Assembly: GCA_903883645.1 (NCBI GenBank) | Contig: CAISBR010000081.1 | Coordinates: forward strand, 2,833 to 66,832 | Direction: 5' to 3' | Length of the DNA stretch: 64,000 nucleotides | From: an uncultured Myxococcales bacterium | Lineage (GTDB): Bacteria; Myxococcota_A; UBA9042 | In this document: positions 46,528-58,700 of the stretch, in pieces | How positions within the stretch are numbered: position 1 is the stretch's first letter | How the letters are laid out: every line of letters begins with the position of its first letter | The notes under the pieces: model-generated | Databases searched by the model: none | Told to the model about the DNA's origin: nothing | Seen by the model: only the letters and a program-made list of their open reading frames with translations | Translations under genes and position numbers: made by a program

Positions 46528-46986
46528 TTACGCTGCCGTCGGCCAAACGACGGGTTGACGCTGCAGGACCGGCTCGGGTGCTTTGGGCTTGGAACTTCTT
46601 ACCGAAGTGCCAATGGATACGAGCTTTTCGGCGTCCGAGGTGGGCATTTCGAACTGAAACAGACACAGGGCCTGAACGGCCAACGTGTGAATCTTGCTCT
46701 CGACGAGGTTTTCCAATCCCGCCGTAGCTTGTCCGTGCGTCACGACATCGAAGAAAGTGTCCCAATCCTCGGGCGGGGCCCGCCGGTCAGCTGGATCCTT
46801 GCCGGCGACAACGTCCCATTGCACCACGAGTGCCGACGCTTCGACCGCCATCTTCAGGGCGTGCTGCAAATCGTCGCCCTGGGTGATCACGTCGAAGTCG
46901 AGAACATGCACCGCCCAGACCGACGGCAAGTCGTCCGGGTGGTGAAAGTGCATCGACAGATTGTAGAACTTCGCGACCATGGCCAT
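46528..46986 (-). CDS. hicB: HicB-family antitoxin (UPF0150 / RNase-H-like N-domain)
   Basis: From Met77 of the listed ORF (MAMVAKFYNLSMHFHHPDDLPSVWAVHVLDFDVITQGDDLQHALKMAVEA). This is the HicB N-terminal signature (...P.lpGc.tqGdt.eEAl.na.EA). Confidence 0.65.
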   Translation of the reverse strand: MAMVAKFYNLSMHFHHPDDLPSVWAVHVLDFDVITQGDDLQHALKMAVEASALVVQWDVVAGKDPADRRAPPEDWDTFFDVVTHGQATAGLENLVESKIHTLAVQALCLFQFEMPTSDAEKLVSIGTSVRSSKPKAPEPVLQRQPVVWPTAA

Positions 46987-47179
46987 CGGGCCTCCAGCCC
47001 TGTGGCCATGATAGTCGGCGGTGCACGAACGTGCAATCTGGGTGCGAGAACCATGCGAAATTAGTGGGTTGTGCGACACTCCGACGCGAACCGGCGGGAG
47101 CGAGTCGACGGCGACGGCCGATGCCGGCGGGCACACGGCTTCGGAGAACGGGCCAGACCGGGCAATGCGGGGCAATGTC

Positions 47180-48271
47180 TCACACATTAAACCGGAAGTT
47201 GCAAACATCCCCATCGCGCATCACGTATTCCTTGCCTTCCATGCGCTTCTTGCCCGCGGCGCCGACCGCGCTCTCTGACCCCAACACGAACAAATCCTCG
47301 CAGTTGTAGATCTCGGCCTTAATGAAGCCGCGCTCAAAGTCGGTGTGAATCACGCCCGCGCCCTGCGGCGCCGTCCAGCCCTTGTGAATGGTCCACGCCC
47401 GCGCTTCTTTGACGCCCGCCGTATAATAGGCTTGCAATCCAACGAGATCATAGGCCGCGTGCGCCAAGCGATCCAGGCCCGAGTCGTGCAGGCCCAGCGC
47501 GGTCAAGAACTCGGCGCGCTCGTCCTCGTCGTCTAGTTCCGAGATCTCCGCCTCCGTCTTGCACGACAGCTCGACCACCGCCGCCCCCTCGGCCTTGGCC
47601 AGCGCCCGCACACGCTCTAAGTACGGATTTTCGGTGCCCGGGTCGGTGGTATTGGCCACGTACAGCATCGGCTTGCGCGTCATCAGCTGCAGATTCTTAA
47701 GGTGAATCTCTTCTTCTTTGGCCACTTGCATCGTGCGAGCCGGCTGTCCCGAGTTGAGCACCGCGTACACGCGCTCGAGCAGCGCAACCTCGGTCACGAT
47801 GTCTTTATCGCCCGTTTTCAGCAGCTTCTGCTGCTTGTACAGCCGCCGCTCCACTTGCTCCAGGTCGGCCAGCGCCAGCTCGGTGTTGATGATCGCCGCA
47901 TCGCGCTCGGGGTCGACCGAGCCCTCGACGTGGACCACATCACCGTCGTCAAAGCAGCGCAATACATGGGCAATTGCGTCCGTCTCGCGGATATTCGCCA
48001 AGAACTTGTTGCCCAGCCCTTCGCCTTTGCTGGCACCCTTGACAAGTCCTGCGATGTCAACGAACTCCATGGTTGTATAGATGATCGTCGGCGTACCCAC
48101 AATCTTGGCAATCCGGTCGAGGCGCGGATCACGCAGCGGCACGATGCCCTTGTTCGGCTCAATGGTGCAGAACGGGTAGTTGGCCGCTTGGGCACCGGCG
48201 CGCGTCAGTGCATTGAAAAGCGTAGATTTTCCAACATTTGGCAGCCCAACAATACCGCACGACAGACCCAT
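47180..48271 (-). CDS. ychF: Ribosome-binding ATPase YchF (Obg-family)
   Basis: From Met75 of the listed ORF (MGLSCGIVGLPNVGKSTLFNALT...). It has the G1 to G4 motifs and the TGS domain, and ends ...RDGDVCNFRFNV*. The last 16 bp (CGGTTTAATGTGTGA) are reiterated in the downstream junction elements. Confidence 0.9.
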   Translation of the reverse strand: MGLSCGIVGLPNVGKSTLFNALTRAGAQAANYPFCTIEPNKGIVPLRDPRLDRIAKIVGTPTIIYTTMEFVDIAGLVKGASKGEGLGNKFLANIRETDAIAHVLRCFDDGDVVHVEGSVDPERDAAIINTELALADLEQVERRLYKQQKLLKTGDKDIVTEVALLERVYAVLNSGQPARTMQVAKEEEIHLKNLQLMTRKPMLYVANTTDPGTENPYLERVRALAKAEGAAVVELSCKTEAEISELDDEDERAEFLTALGLHDSGLDRLAHAAYDLVGLQAYYTAGVKEARAWTIHKGWTAPQGAGVIHTDFERGFIKAEIYNCEDLFVLGSESAVGAAGKKRMEGKEYVMRDGDVCNFRFNV

Positions 48272-48437
48272 GGTGACCTCGTTGCGCCAAGACGGGGTCG
48301 GCGCGGGGGCGCGGATTTCACCACGGTAGCGCGGCGGCAGCAAGCCATGTCGGCGCAAACAGTTGACAACCCTCCGCACGATCGGCAGTTTGCGGTTCGC
48401 GGCGGTGTAGCGAGGCGCTCTCGCTTCGCCGCAGACG

Positions 48438-51400
48438 ATGTCGAGCCAGCCGCCGCCAATTCTGCAAAGCATCACAGGGGTGTTTGCCCCCACGTCGCTC
48501 GCGCGCGGCAGTCGGGGTCATGCCGAAGCTGCGCCCTTGCGTGCCGCCGATGGCTTGACCCGGCGGCTGCTGCTCGCGCGCGCGCGCTGGCGTTGGGTCA
48601 CGTCGGTCGAAGCCGTGCTGCTGGGCCTTGTGGCTGCCCTGTTTGTGACGGCTTTTGGCTTAGCGATCGCTACGTTGCTGCACAAGACCCTGGGTGTGGG
48701 GCGCCTGCTCGCGTGGACTGCACTGGTGCCGGCGCTGGGCACAGCCCTAGCGATGCTGGTGCACCGGTTCAACTCGGGACGCGACTTGCCGCAGTGGGCC
48801 GCACTGCGGGCGGTGCGCCATGCCGAAGTTGATGGTGAATTGCTAAAGACTGGAGCAGAGCTAGCCAAGCAGCTGCAGGCCGGAGCGCCCGCTTTGAGTC
48901 TGGGCTCGCCGTGGTTGCTGGTCGAGACCCTGCACCAAGCCGAAGAACAAGCGCGCGGGCTCGACATCGACGCAGCCGCGATCGGTGCCCGCTGCCAGCG
49001 CTACTCGGCGTCGCTGGTGGCTGCGCTGCTGCTGGCGGTGCTGGCCTGGCGGGTAGTGCCCGATACCTGGCACGACTGGTGGGCAGACCCCGTGCAACCT
49101 GAAGTAGCCCCTCGCGATATTGGCACAATGGTCAGCGATTCGCGGGTGCGCGTGGACCCGCCGGCCTACGCGGCCACGGTAGTGCCGGCGCGCGACGACG
49201 AAGGAGCTGAAACGACGGTGCTGCGAGGAAGTCATGTCACCATCGAGACTTCACCCCTTCCAGGCATGATCATCGAAGCCGTCGAAGTTCAGTCGACCGT
49301 GGCGGGCCACACCCACAGCGAGCGCCAGCCTGTGGCTGAGTTGCCAGGCAAGGGCATGGTGTGGCAGGCGACGTTGCTGGACCCGGCGAAATACCGCTAC
49401 TTGGGTCGCGACGACCAGCACCAGCCGGTGCGCGAGACCGCGTGGCGCGAGCTGCGCGTGCAGGCTGACCATCCGCCGCGGGTGGCGCTCGATAAGCCGG
49501 GCGGCGATGTCGAGGTTCGGCCCGGCCAGAGCGTCGCGCTACAGGCCCAAGTTGATGATGATATTGGTCTTTTACAGGTTGAACTGGTGATCCAGCGGCC
49601 GGCCACGGGTCTGGAGCGCCGGCCCATCGAGGTGCGCGGTAACCCGGCGCACCACACGCTGCGCGAGAGTCTGCCGGTCGACGGACTCCAACTGCGCCCT
49701 GGGGAGTCTGCCGAGATCTATGTCGAAGCGGCCGATACCAACCCGTTTGATGGCGCCCGCAAGGGCACCTCGCGCAAACTGCGAGTGCGCATGTTCTCGG
49801 CAGACCGGCAGCACAGTAAAGTACTCGATTCGCTTGGGCAAGTGGCCGACGCGTGGACCCTGCGGCTGGCCGACCGCGTCGAACGCGATCCCGGCGAGAC
49901 CCACGCCGAGCTAACCGAAGCCCTCAAGCGCCGCGAAGAGCTCTCGAGCGAAGAGCGAAAGTCGCTTGATTCCCTTCATCAACTGCGCATCGACTTGGCC
50001 GACGACGCACTGGCCCGCCCGCGCTCGCTCGCCGACCTCGACGCGATCGACAAGTTGCTGAGCGACGCCCTGAGCGACGAGGCCCGCGCGGTGCCAAGTG
50101 GCGACACCATCGCCGAGGGCTATGCCGCCGTACGCCAGCTGTACCAAGTGCAGCGCAACCACGCACAAGTCGTTGCCGCGCAAGAACAAGCCGTGGTGGC
50201 CCTGACGGAGCTAGCCGGCGACGAGCGCGAGGCCGCCTTGGTACGCGACAGTGCTATGCTGGCGGATACACAACGCAAGCTCTTGTCAACGCTCGAAAAA
50301 ATGGCCGACACCAACAGCAAGCCGATGCAGGCCGAGGCGGAACGCTTACTCGACTTGGTCGAGCAGCAGATCGACCGACTGGCCACCACCGCGCAAAAGC
50401 AGGCGCGGCAAGTGCCGCACGAACACGTTAATGCCCAGGCCATCGATCCCAGCGGACTGCCTCGCGATTTGGCGGATCAGCGCAGCGGGCTGGCCGAGGT
50501 GCGGCGGCTGCTGCGCGAGGGCAAGAGCCGTGAAGCGCTTGAAAAGATGCGGCAGCTCGCCGAGAACTTGGCGCAATCGACCGGCGGCGTGCAGCAGGGG
50601 CTGGCGCAGCACCGCGGTGCCGAAGATCGCTCGTATGAACGGCTTTTGCAGGACCTCCGCCGCGGCATCGACCGCGCGCTCGATGGCCAGGGCCGCATCC
50701 GCGACGAGCTGCGCAGCCCGGCCGAAGAGCAGCAGCACGGCCAAGACGATGTGATGCGGCAAATGCGCGACACGCTTGCCCCGCAGCTACTTGATATGAT
50801 TGGCGATATTCGCGAAACGCTCAAACCAGCGCGGCTGCGCACCACGGCCCTGCGCAGTGGCGGGGCGATGGCCGATGCCCGGCGCGCCCTAGATAGCGTG
50901 GCCGATGCCCTGCAGCGCGGCAGCCTAGATGCGGCCATGCAGTCGCTGCAAGAGGCCCAAGACGAGGCGGGCGCGGCGCGGCGGGCTTTGGCCCAAAGTG
51001 GCGAAAATGCCAAAGACGTTCAAGCAGATGCCAAGCGAGTCGATGCCGCCCTCGACCGCCTAAACAAAGTGGCTGAACGCCTGCGCGAAGCCATGCCCGA
51101 GGCGGCCGAGTTGATGCGCCCCGCGAGTCGTCAGCGGGTTGCCAGCCTGGGTGAGCCGCAGGCACAGGTACGCAATGCCCTAGAGCGACTTGAGAAGCAC
51201 CTGCGCGAGGCCGGCGATGCCCATCCTGCCCTGCAGCAACAGGTCGGCGAGCGGCTGGGGCACGCGCTGCAAGTCCTGCGCGAGGCCGAAGATAGCCTGC
51301 GCCGCAGCGATGCCAAGCGCGCCTTCGAGCAAACTGCTGAAATTCTCGACACCTTAGAGCGTGCGAGCGAGATGCTGCAGCAAGGCCAGGGCTCGGGCCA

Positions 51401-51584
51401 AGCTGTGCCCGACGATGTGGAGCAAGTGGGCATGGATCCTGGCGGTTCGGCCGAGATTCGCGCGGGCAACCAGAACGACGCCGTCGACCGCTTCCGCGAC
51501 GAAGTGCTGAAATCGATGCAGCAACCCGAGCCCGGCGGCTGGCACGACCGCCTGCAGCGCTACTACAAGGCCATCTCGCGCTAG
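48438..51584 (+). CDS. Large membrane-anchored coiled-coil protein (DUF4175-like), hypothetical
   Basis: 1048 aa. Two N-terminal TM helices (VEAVLLGLVAALFVTAFGLAIATLL, LLAWTALVPALGTALAMLV), a beta-rich central part, and about 500 aa of Ala/Arg/Glu/Leu/Gln-rich heptad-like sequence. It is divergent from ychF. The DUF4175 label is from memory of the family and is not certain. Confidence 0.6.
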   Translation: MSSQPPPILQSITGVFAPTSLARGSRGHAEAAPLRAADGLTRRLLLARARWRWVTSVEAVLLGLVAALFVTAFGLAIATLLHKTLGVGRLLAWTALVPALGTALAMLVHRFNSGRDLPQWAALRAVRHAEVDGELLKTGAELAKQLQAGAPALSLGSPWLLVETLHQAEEQARGLDIDAAAIGARCQRYSASLVAALLLAVLAWRVVPDTWHDWWADPVQPEVAPRDIGTMVSDSRVRVDPPAYAATVVPARDDEGAETTVLRGSHVTIETSPLPGMIIEAVEVQSTVAGHTHSERQPVAELPGKGMVWQATLLDPAKYRYLGRDDQHQPVRETAWRELRVQADHPPRVALDKPGGDVEVRPGQSVALQAQVDDDIGLLQVELVIQRPATGLERRPIEVRGNPAHHTLRESLPVDGLQLRPGESAEIYVEAADTNPFDGARKGTSRKLRVRMFSADRQHSKVLDSLGQVADAWTLRLADRVERDPGETHAELTEALKRREELSSEERKSLDSLHQLRIDLADDALARPRSLADLDAIDKLLSDALSDEARAVPSGDTIAEGYAAVRQLYQVQRNHAQVVAAQEQAVVALTELAGDEREAALVRDSAMLADTQRKLLSTLEKMADTNSKPMQAEAERLLDLVEQQIDRLATTAQKQARQVPHEHVNAQAIDPSGLPRDLADQRSGLAEVRRLLREGKSREALEKMRQLAENLAQSTGGVQQGLAQHRGAEDRSYERLLQDLRRGIDRALDGQGRIRDELRSPAEEQQHGQDDVMRQMRDTLAPQLLDMIGDIRETLKPARLRTTALRSGGAMADARRALDSVADALQRGSLDAAMQSLQEAQDEAGAARRALAQSGENAKDVQADAKRVDAALDRLNKVAERLREAMPEAAELMRPASRQRVASLGEPQAQVRNALERLEKHLREAGDAHPALQQQVGERLGHALQVLREAEDSLRRSDAKRAFEQTAEILDTLERASEMLQQGQGSGQAVPDDVEQVGMDPGGSAEIRAGNQNDAVDRFRDEVLKSMQQPEPGGWHDRLQRYYKAISR

Positions 51585-51771
51585 TCGCCGGTGCCTTGAC
51601 AGCCGCGGCCGCCGTCCTTTCCTGACTTCTGTCGCCGACGCGAGGGTTGCGATAACCTTAACCACCTCAACCGACTAAGTATTCGCCGGCCATTGCGCCG
51701 TGTGAATGCAAAGCAACGGGCAGAGAGGCGCGCAGGACAAGCGTCGAACCAAGCCGGCACAAGGAGTTTCT

Positions 51772-54357
<2,586 letters not shown>

Positions 54358-54363
54358 TGGCCC

Positions 54364-55740
54364 CTACGCGCCAATCGCCGCCACCACACTATCGGCAATG
54401 CGCATGGCATGGGCGCGCACCTGCTCGGCGTCGCGGCCTTCGACCATCACCCGGCACTTGCGCTCAGTGCCCGAATAGCGAACCAGCACGCGGCCTTGGC
54501 CCAACAGCTCGCGCTCAACTTCGCTGATGATGCCCGACACGGCCAGCAACGTGTGGATCGGCGGCTTCTCGCGCACCGGCAGGTTCAGCAGCACCTGCGG
54601 CACCGTGTGCATCACCGCCGCCAGTTCCGATAGCGGCCGCTGCTCGCGCTGCAAAATCCCCAGTACTTGCAAGGCCGCCAGCACCCCATCGCCCGTGGTG
54701 GCGTGGTCTAAGAACACCAAGTGCCCCGACTGCTCCCCGCCCAGATTGTAGCCGCCCCTGCGCATCGCCTCGACCACCAGCCGGTCGCCCACATCGGTAC
54801 GCAGCACGTCGATCCCCGCCTCGCGCAAGGCAATTTCAAAGCCGTAGTTACTCATCACGGTGGCCACCACGGTATTGCCCCGCAGCGTGCCCTGCGCCTT
54901 CATCCGCGTCGCACAGAGCGCCATGGTGTGGTCGCCATCGACCACTTGGCCCTTTTCATCGACCAGCACCAATCGGTCCGCATCGCCGTCGAGCGCCACG
55001 CCCAGTTGACAACCGTGTTCAACCACCGCCCGCGCCAGCCCTTCGGGGTGCAACGCGCCGCAGCCTTCGTTGATGTTCACGCCGTCGGGCCGGCCATTGA
55101 GCAGCACCACCTCGGCGCCCAGCTCTTCAAACACCATCGGCGCCACTTTGTAGGCCGCACCGTGGCCAGCATCCACAGCAATTTTCAGACCATCCAAGGT
55201 CAAGTCGTTGGCCAACGTCGTCTTTAGCTTGACCGTATAGCGCCCCCAGGCGTCGTCGACGCGATGCGCCCGGCCAATGTCGAGCCCGCGCGCCAGACTC
55301 GCCAGCAGCGGCGCTGGGTCAGCCACCCAGTCCTCGATCTGCACTTCGAGCTCGTCGGGCAGTTTAAAGCCGTCCCGACCAAACACCTTGATGCCATTGT
55401 CGCCATAGGGGTTGTGCGAGGCGGAGATCACCACACCCGCATCGGCGCGCATACCCACGGTCATAAAGGCGATTCCCGGCGTCGGCAGCGGCCCGACCAG
55501 GTACGCATCGGCGCCCACCGAGCACAGCCCAGCGACCAGAGCATTCTCGAACAAATAGCCCGACCTGCGCGTGTCCTTGCCAATCAGCACCCGGGGCCGC
55601 TCGTGGCGACTGCTGCGACCACAGAGCACACCAATGGCCCGGCCGATCTGCACCGCGTTCTCGACCGTCATCGCCCCCGAGTTGGCTTCGCCGCGCACGC
55701 CGTCCGTGCCAAAAAGCTTGGCTCTAGCCTGTCTTGCCAT
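54364..55740 (-). CDS. glmM: Phosphoglucosamine mutase
   Basis: From Met139 of the listed ORF (MARQARAKLFGTDGVRG...). The active-site serine loop is SASHNPYGDNGIK. GGAG lies upstream of the ATG. Confidence 0.9.
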   Translation of the reverse strand: MARQARAKLFGTDGVRGEANSGAMTVENAVQIGRAIGVLCGRSSRHERPRVLIGKDTRRSGYLFENALVAGLCSVGADAYLVGPLPTPGIAFMTVGMRADAGVVISASHNPYGDNGIKVFGRDGFKLPDELEVQIEDWVADPAPLLASLARGLDIGRAHRVDDAWGRYTVKLKTTLANDLTLDGLKIAVDAGHGAAYKVAPMVFEELGAEVVLLNGRPDGVNINEGCGALHPEGLARAVVEHGCQLGVALDGDADRLVLVDEKGQVVDGDHTMALCATRMKAQGTLRGNTVVATVMSNYGFEIALREAGIDVLRTDVGDRLVVEAMRRGGYNLGGEQSGHLVFLDHATTGDGVLAALQVLGILQREQRPLSELAAVMHTVPQVLLNLPVREKPPIHTLLAVSGIISEVERELLGQGRVLVRYSGTERKCRVMVEGRDAEQVRAHAMRIADSVVAAIGA

Positions 55741-55778
55741 GGTGGTCTCCGCTCGATTCAGCTTGGGGATTGCGCCGC

Positions 55779-58700
55779 CTACGGGCAAAGATTGGCATAG
55801 CCCGGTGTGCCGCGATCGCGCGCGCCGCAGCGGCTCTGGACGGCAAACAGGTCGTATTTCCACAAGACCTTGCTGCCATCTTGCACCGCCGTCATCGGCT
55901 GACACACGGTGGGCGCGGGGCAGTCGCTCGCCGATGCACAAGGTGGCGGGTCGGTGGCGTACGTCGATGCGCCCATGTACAGGCCGTAGCCGCAGGTCGG
56001 TCCGGCCGCAAGCCAGCACTCGGGCTTGTCGTTGTCGGCTGGCGTCAAGCAGGTGGGCGACAGCATCGCCGAGTTCCCCAGGCCCCACGGCAGCTTGCCG
56101 GCATTCACCTCGTCGACCACCGCCCCCGCAGTGTTGACGAGCTGCAGCTTCCAATCCAAGTGGATGTTCTTCAACTGAAACAGCCCTGCCGTTGCCATAT
56201 CGATCCAGGCGTACACGGGCTTCAAGTTGTTGTTTTGCGCCGGGTCTGCCACCGCGAGCAGCAGCGCGTACGACTTGGCCGGCACCACCGGCGGGTTGGC
56301 GACGTTCGGCCCGCCCGCCGTCACAACATGGCTATATACGTCTGAAACCAGCTTCCAACCGGTCAGGTCGATGGTCTCGCTGGTTGGGTTATACACCTCA
56401 AACCACTCGCCCTTGCTGTCGATGACCGCATCGGGGTCGACCATCACTTCGCTAATCACCAGCGTGCCCTTGGGCTGCGGCGGCGCTTCTTTCTTGCACT
56501 GACCCGAGCAGCCGTCGCCATCGGTCTGGTTGCCGTCGTCGCATTCCTCGCCAATGGCCGCAGTGATGAGGCCGTCGCCGCACTTGGGCGCAGGCTTGCA
56601 CTGGCCGCCGACGCAGATCAGGTCGGTGCCGCACGCTGTATTGTCGGCTTGGCCCTCGCACGGGTTGATGCACGGCGGATTGGCCTGCCCAGGTGAGCCA
56701 AAGTCGCCCGCACCGTAAGCAGCCTTGCCTTCGCACCAATTCTTGGCATCGTCGTTCTTGGCAGGGTCGTAGGCTGACGGATCGAGCTGCATCGACTTGC
56801 CCTCGACCACGGGGAACTGCGTCGCACAGCTGCCGGGGGGCCCTGGCGCATAGCAAGCCGCCTGCTTCGGAATGTACGTCACTCCGTCGATCGTCTTGCC
56901 ATTCCAGTCCAAAACCACATCGTCGCCCGTGATATTGCCCAGCGAAAACGGCGACGGCGGAGCGGTGAACCAACCTACTTGCGTCGGCGCGCCGCCATTG
57001 AGCAGCTTGTCCGCCGAGCCGCCCACCACAAAGTAGCTGCCGGGCGCGATCCAGAGTGGCTTGGGCGACGACAGCACAAACTTGTTGGTACCGTTGTCGC
57101 GCAATACCCACCCGTTGATGTCGACCGGCAGGTCGCCGGGATTGAACAACTCAACCCACTCGCCATACTCGTCGCCCACCGCCTTGGGATTCGCCATAAT
57201 TTCAGTAACTAGAACTTGCCCGGCAACAAAATTCTCTTTTTGGCAGTTCAGCGAGCAGCCATCGCCGCCCGAGGTGTTGCTGTCGTCACAAGTCTCGGCG
57301 GCTTCAACAGTGCCGTTGCCGCAAGTCGGCGAGTCGCAGCCGTCGCCCAGTCCATCGCCATCGCTGTCGATTTGCGTCGGGTTGGGCGTGCCGGGGCAGT
57401 TGTCACACACATCGCCCACGCCGTCGCCGTCCATGTCGCCCTGCTTGGGATTGGCCACTTTCGGGCACACATCGCACGCATCGCCCAGCTTGTCGCCGTC
57501 GCTGTCGGTCTGGCCCAAATTGCCTACAAACGGGCAGTTGTCGATCTCGTTGAGCACCGCATCGCCGTCTTGGTCCTGACCGGCAGGCGTGCAAGTGGGG
57601 TTGGGCTGGCCAGGGCTGCCAAAGTTGCCCGGCACGCCGCTAATCGCCGTCGACGAGTAGCACCAGTACACCAGCTTGTCGTTCTGCAGCGTCGTCGCAT
57701 AGCTGGGGTCGAGCTGCAGCGAAATGTTGGTCTTGACCGGGGGGGTATTCAGGCCATAAGCTAGGATATCCACGATCTTTTTACCCGGCACATCGACAAT
57801 TGTCAGGGTATCGCTCGTCGGGTCGAGCAAGAACTCCGCGCCCGGCTTGTTAAAGGCGTACTGCGCATTCACATTGCCATTTAGCGCCTTGTTGTTATTC
57901 GCCGCCAACACCACAAAGCCCTTGGCCGGCACGATGACCGTATCGGTAATCACATGCGTCTTAGGCTTGCCGGCGACACCATTCTTTACCTGCAGTTGCC
58001 AGCCCTTAATCGGCACCGGCGCGCCCGTATTGTTGTACAGCTCGAACCACTGCCCCGTGGCGTCGTCGATGTTGTCGCCGTGGGGCACAATTTCGTTGAT
58101 CACCAAGTTGCCGGGCAAAGCTGCGCCGATCACGCATGCATCGCAGCCGTCGCCCACATAGTCATTGCCGTCGTCGCAGCTCTCGCCTAGGTCGAGCTCG
58201 CCGTCGCCGCAGATGGCCGGATCGCATGCATCGCCTTTGCCGTCCTTATCGGCATCAGCCTGGTCAGGATTGGGCTCGGCCGCGCAGTTGTCGCAAGCAT
58301 CGCCCGCGCCATCGCCGTCGCTGTCTGGCTGCGAGCCGTCGGACTCGGCCGGGTCAAAGTTGTTCGGGCAGTCGTCCATCGAGTCGGGCACGCCATCTTG
58401 GTCCAAGTCGGGCGGCGCTGGGCAAGCTGGATTGGCCACGCCCGGCGTGCCGTAGTCGCCACTCGGCAGCTTGTTCGGCGAGGCGCAAAAACCCTTCCAG
58501 TCGTCGTTGCCAGTGGCCGAAGTCATGGTCACATCAAGGTTCAGTGCCGCGCCCTTCCAGTCGATGATCGGCCACGACTGCGTCCACGCCACCTTGTCGA
58601 GCACCACCGGCACGGCGTAATCGGCACGAATCAGCAGCGTATCCTTTAGGTTATTGAACGACGTGCTGGCATACACATAGTCGTACATGTTGCCGCCGTT

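Noticed and set aside
46276-47064. 262-aa plus-strand ORF and other plus-strand ORFs (45374..45724, 46098..46490) across the TA region
   Set aside because: They are antisense to the hicB, hicA and higBA genes, which have clear family signatures. They are stop-free by GC-composition chance.
44555-47200. Chromosomal integron (intI plus attC cassette array) as the explanation for the TA cassette stack
   Set aside because: No intI-like tyrosine recombinase gene is in the window. The junction elements lack canonical R'' (RYYYAAC) and R' (GTTRRRY) cores; GGTTTAAT has a pyrimidine at the first R position. The cassettes carry two-gene operons, which is more consistent with TA islands. The att-duplication interpretation is kept as a finding, without the integron label.
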